Shown piece by piece: positions 58,801 to 64,000 of a stretch of DNA of 64,000 nt; the first letter of the stretch is position 1, and every line of letters starts with the position of its first letter. This DNA is from Dendrobates tinctorius (taxonomy: Eukaryota): the NCBI RefSeq assembly GCF_039654945.1, contig NW_027361968.1:1922001-1986000 (forward strand), in the 5' to 3' direction. Position numbers and translations under genes: made by a program. The notes under the pieces were generated by a model, which saw only the letters and a program-made list of their open reading frames with translations, was not told the DNA's origin and made no database searches.

Positions 58801-59199
58801 GTCAGTATCACACGTGATGGGATTAGATACACGGCTCAGCAGTCAGTATCACACAGGATAGGATTAGATACACGGCTCAGCAGTCAGTATCACACGTGAC
58901 GGGATAAGATACACGGCTCAGCAGTCAGTATCACACGTGACGGGATGAGATACACTGCTCAGCAGTCAGTATCACACAGGAGAGGATTAGATACACGGCT
59001 CAGCAGTCAGTATCACACGTGACGGGATGAGATACACGGCTCAGCAGTCAGTATCACACGTGACGGGATGAGATACACTGCTCAGCAGTCAGTATCACAC
59101 AGGAGAGGATTAGATACACGGCTCAGCAGTCAGTATCACACGTGACGGGATAAGATACACGGCTCAGCAGTCAGTATCACACGTGACGGGATGAGATAC
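55865..59199. repeat. 41-bp minisatellite (GGATTAGATACACGGCTCAGCAGTCAGTATCACACAGGAGA), ~80 units, abutting the first coding exon of PFAS
   Basis: Direct tandem units. A CACACGTGACGGGAT variant is concentrated at the right end. Confidence 0.97.
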
Positions 59200-59235
59200 C
59201 TTTTTTCTTCCTCCAGGCGTCCTGGGATATTGGAG

Positions 59236-62200
59236 ATGGAGATTTTGCACTTCTATTGCTCTTTCCGGGCGTCTGATGATTCCCCGCGATTGTCTGGATC
59301 TGAGAATATCCGGGAGGTGCAGAGCGAGCTGTGCTACAATGTCAGCTGGACGGGTGAGGGATTAGATATATATGTGATGACTGGGGTCGTCCGGCCTCCT
59401 CTGGGCTCGGTCCCTGAGGTTTCGCAGTGAGCGGCTTCCTCTCCGGTTCTCACAGTTTACAGATCTGGCCGTTAGTGATGGAGGAGGACACACATTGGCC
59501 TGTAGCTCTGATCTTTGCCGTAACCACTCGCTGACTTTTCTTACCCTGCAGGTGACTCTCCACCGACTCCCGAGCAGACGGCTGCCCTGCGTTGGCTCTT
59601 CAGTTGCCCTTTTGACCCTCAGAGTATTTCGGACACAAGTTTCCTTCACCCTGAGCCTGAGGACCTGCTGGTGGAGGTTGGACCCAGGTGAGTAGGAGGA
59701 TTGCTGATGGCTTCCATGTGTTATGGGAGAACCTCCTGCTGATGGTTTCTCTTTTCATCTGTAGGTTGAACTTCTCCACTGCGTCTTCCACCAATGCCAC
59801 ATCCGTCTGTCGCTCCATCGGTCTAACCGACATCGACCGCGTTGAGTGTTCTAGGCGATATCTGGTGAAGGTGAGCAGGGCGCCATGTTTCAAACGTTTC
59901 CTGCTCTGGTGCGATGATCAGAGGTGATCGGTGTTGATCGATGACGTGCACCCGAGAAGGATCAGTGATCGAGGCCTCGCCGACAGCCACGGTCCTGCTT
60001 GCCCTTCTTGGGGTTGTAACTGGAAATTTTCAAGTGATCGAATATCTCCTCCCGTCAGTTTCAGAAAGCCCCCGAGGAGGGCGAGACGCAGACGCTGACG
60101 TCGTCTCTGTACGATCGGATGACGGAGTGCGTCTACCCAGAGCCCATCAGAAGCTTTGCCATCTCTGTGCGGCCGGAGAAGGTTTACGAGGTGGATGTGA
60201 TCGGAGGAGGCCGAGCGGCGCTGGAAGTGGCGAACACGGAGCTGGGTACGTGGCTCTCCATGTGAACTGTGTTGTATACTCCAGACACATCCAGAGCTGC
60301 GATCAGCATTCTGCCAGTTGCTACCTGAATCCCTAAGTGTTGAGCTGTGCCTCATTTATAGCGGTGCACTCTGACACTTTGCATCATGGGAGTTGTAGTG
60401 CTCTTCAGCATGATGCTCCTGCACGGAGTCGGATAGTAACGCTACGTATCGAACATGATCCGTACTGTCAGAGGAGATCTGCGCTGCGGCCTGAGAGCCG
60501 ACTGCAAGTCAGCAGAAGAATTAATGAGCTTTAGGTGTAACTAGAGCATAAATGGCGCCGAGTCGGTTATCGGCCTCATTTGTGACCTGTGGCCCCGGCA
60601 CCTCGCCATCCTCCCGTTATCATTCACAGGTCTCGCGTTTGACTCCTGGGATCTGGATTATTACACGTCTCTCTTCCAGCGCGTGGGACGGAACCCGAGC
60701 AGCGTGGAGTGCTTCGATCTGGCGCAGTCTAACAGGTCCGTGTCTCGGACGATCGCTGTGACTCGTTTTCAGGGACATCGGGGTATCGCTGATCCTTTCC
60801 TTCATCTTGTAGTGAGCACAGCCGTCATTGGTTCTTCAAGGGGAAGCTCCTGGTGGACGGGGAGGAGAGGACGCACTCGCTGTTCGATCTGATCATGAAG
60901 ACCCAGGACACCAGCAACCAGAACAATGTCATCAAGTTCTGTGATAACAGCAGGTAAGGGGCGGCTCCGCAGAAGGACGTGATGGTGGGAATGAAGACTA
61001 GGACTAAGGGTGACGACCGGTGACCATGATGATGGAGATGTATTATGCGGTTTGATGATGGTTGACGATGAGGAGCATTGAGTATTTGACTAACGCTGAC
61101 GTCCTCCCAATGTCTCCACCTGTCTAGTGCAATCCAGGGGAAACCGGTGCTGAGCCTGGTCCCCGCCGATCCTTCACGTCCCGGCCCCTACCAACAGAAG
61201 ACCTCCACCCGCCACCTCATCTTCACTGCCGAAACCCATAACTTTCCTACAGGTGAGCGCAGAGCTTGGTGTTTCCTGGTGTAACCGTGGCTGATCCTTC
61301 TTATAACATTGTTCCTTCTTCAATAGGCGTTGCTCCATTTAGTGGTGCGACTACAGGCACGGGGGGTCGTATTCGGGATGTACAGAGCACTGGGAAGGGG
61401 GCTCACGTAATCGCCGGCACTGCTGGTTACTGCTTTGGAAACCTGCACATTCCCGGTAAGTGAATCATGCAGGACTGGTGTCTTCTGTCCGGTAAGATCT
61501 CGTTCTTCGGGTTATTCACTTTGTGGCTCCTTCTGTCCAGTAAGAATGTGTTCATTTGCTCTTAGGATACTCTATGCCGTGGGAGGATGCCTCGTATCAA
61601 TATCCGGTCCAGTTTGCCCGACCCCTAGAGGTGGCCATCGAAGCCAGTAATGGAGCCTCAGACTATGGCAATAAGTTTGGAGAGCCGGTGCTGGCAGGTG
61701 AGGCCACCCACTCCCAAGTTTCGATGACTTTCCACCGTTGGGATGGGTCGTCTAATCTCAGACACTTAGGACTATTCTGCGCTTCTCGCCATCGATTCTA
61801 GTCCTCTCATTATGGTAACAGGATTCGCTCGCTCTTTTGGCCTCCGCCTGCCCTCTGGGGAGAGAAGAGAATGGGTGAAGCCGATCATGTTCAGTGGAGG
61901 TATCGGTTCTATGGAAGATGTTCATCGGACCAAAGAGGCTCCAGAACCGGGTAAGGCTCCTCCACGACGAATGGACGTCTCTCCTGGAGGCGTCACTGTT
62001 TGGTGGTCAAGTGTGTGGACCTCACTTCCTTTCTTCCCACTCAGGGATGCACGTTGTGAAGATTGGGGGTCCCGTCTATAGGATTGGGGTAGGCGGTGGT
62101 GCCGCATCTTCCATTCAAGTAAGTAATGATTCTAAAATGTATCGTATGCATTACAGACATTGTTTCAGATCGATACTTAGTTCTTGGGGGGTGATCAGGT

Positions 62201-63933
62201 TCAGGGGGACAACGCCAGTGAACTGGACTTTGGGGCAGTGCAGCGAGGGGACGCGGAGATGGAGCAGAAAATGAACCGAGCTGTCCGCGCCTGTGTGGAG
62301 CGAGGCGAGAGGAATCCAATCTGTAGCATTCACGACCAGGGGGCCGGTGGGAATGGTGAGCAATGGATGACTGCATTGTCACTTCTGCCCCTGTGAATCC
62401 TTCTCTGGTTTTTGCCTCTGTCTTGACTTGTAGACTTCTCATCTTTGCAGGAAATGTCCTGAAGGAGCTGAGTGAGCCGCAAGGAGCCGTCATCTACACC
62501 AAGAACTTTCAGGTAGGAAACCTGTGGATCTTCTGGGTGCAGGATCTCCTGGATCAGTAACGGCTCTCTGATCATCTGTCTTCCTCCAGTTAGGTGATCC
62601 CACTCTGAGCGTCCTGGAGATTTGGGGGGCCGAATACCAGGAATCTAACGCTTTGCTCATCCGTCCAGAGGATGCAGAATTCCTGCAGTCCGTGTGTCGT
62701 AGGGAGAGGTCTCCAGTGGATTTTGTGGGTAGAATCTCAGGAGATGGCCGGGTGAGAACCTACATCCCCCTTGAGTCAAGGATGGAGCTCCATTATATAC
62801 GGAGTCGGATAATATCCCCCTAAATTAGACCAGACCTTTGTTGTCCTCATGTGCAATACTTCTGTTTTCTTGATCTTGAGGTCTTCATTGATGAGATCTA
62901 TAATCTTTCTCCTGTATAGATCGTCTTAGTAAATGGGAGTGAGAACGATCCTGTGCCGGATCGCAGTGATCGTAACTGTATCCCGGTGGACCTGGAGCTG
63001 GAGTGGGTCCTGGGGAAGATGCCTCAGAAGGTAGAGAGCCTAATTCGTGTCTGGTTCCTCCAGACATGGCGACCTTGTTGTGACACTCTGGTCTTTTATT
63101 TCTCCTTTTCTATAGGAGTTTGAGCTGAGTCGCGTTCCCCCCACACTATTATCACTGACCCTCCCTGAAAATCTGAGTGTCCAGCACGCACTGGAGCGTG
63201 TCCTGAAACTGCCGTCTGTGGCTAGCAAACGATACCTGACCAACAAGGTGGATTTCATGTCCATGCTGGCACTTGTGGTGACTTCATAGCTATCCACAGT
63301 CACCTGGTAACTTCTCTCTGTCTGCAGGTGGATCGCTCGGTCACCGGTCTTGTGGCCCAGCAGCAATGTGTGGGGCCACTTCACACCCCCTTGGCAGATG
63401 TAGCTGTCATCTCGCTGTCGTACACGGACACTGTAGGTGGCGCCACAGCAATTGGGGAGCAGCCAATTAAAGGCCTCCTGGACCCGGCCGCAGGGGCCCG
63501 CATGGCGGTGGGCGAGGCTCTTACAAATCTGGTGTTTGCCTTAGTGACTGACCTAAAGGTAATTTTCCTGTGAACTTCAGGGGATTCTGGTGGTGTCATC
63601 GGTGCAGGATGTACACCGCTTTGTGTGGAGGTCTGCCATGTGTCTCAATTAAAGGGGAACCTCGGCCGTTGACCCCTGTGGTAGTGCCCGTTTTTCCAGT
63701 CTCTTGTCGGCCACCCCTCCGTACAGTCGCTCATCTCTTATTATTTTTGCAGGATGTGAAGTGTAGCGGTAACTGGATGTGGGCAGCCAAACTCCCGGGA
63801 GAAGGTGCCGCGCTGTACGATGCATGTGTGGCCATGTGTGATGTCATGGCGCATGTCGGGATCGCGGTGGATGGAGGAAAAGACTCTCTCAGTATGGCCG
63901 CCAGAGTGGGACCAGAGACTGTGAAGGCTCCAG
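59236..63933 (+). CDS. PFAS: Phosphoribosylformylglycinamidine synthase (FGAM synthase), first 18 coding exons; 3' part beyond the window
   Basis: Exons 59236-59353, 59552-59687, 59765-59870, 60059-60245, 60630-60735, 60813-60953, 61128-61252, 61327-61455, 61566-61697, 61822-61950, 62045-62118, 62199-62355, 62451-62512, 62590-62751, 62920-63030, 63116-63247, 63328-63558 and 63753-63933 keep phase. Motifs include [96 protein letters not shown] and GGKDSLSM. Confidence 0.98.
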
Positions 63934-64000
63934 GTGACCCATGGCCCTGTGTCCTCCCAAGGGTCCTGTCTCCATCCTCCCGGTCTCATATTGTCTCTGC

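Noticed and set aside
60385-60400. ZNF143/SBS-like motif TGGGAGTTGTAGT in a PFAS intron
   Set aside because: It sits in a dispersed-repeat-like segment (CACATCCAGAGCTGC also occurs at ~55697), and there is no other evidence of a promoter.

Overview
This is eukaryotic DNA, not prokaryotic. It is most likely a neobatrachian frog and probably a GC-rich distal or subtelomeric region; both are inferences from repeat families, short GC-rich introns and minisatellite density. Five spliced genes could be rebuilt with consistent exon phases. They are: the last two exons of an uncharacterised TIR-like alpha/beta domain protein (748-2616, +), an IFI44-like P-loop GTPase with an IRF element near its start (6325-12033, +), PPIL3 (-) head-to-head with NIF3L1 (+), and the first 18 coding exons of PFAS (+, runs off the window). 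Much of the window is private minisatellite arrays, mostly intronic, and these explain nearly all the long ORFs in the track. Mobile elements are: one intact DD34E Tc1 transposon, two defective Tc1 copies made by a ~2.55 kb tandem duplication, a full-length chromodomain Gypsy element nested in an L2 LINE, SINEs and MITEs. The most interesting leads are: the putative TIR-fold gene next to the interferon-type GTPase, a Tf1/sushi-type self-priming signature in the Gypsy LTR, a ~80-copy array of a SINE Pol III A-box, minisatellites whose terminal unit appears to supply the intron branch point, and a degenerate Penelope-type hammerhead ribozyme.
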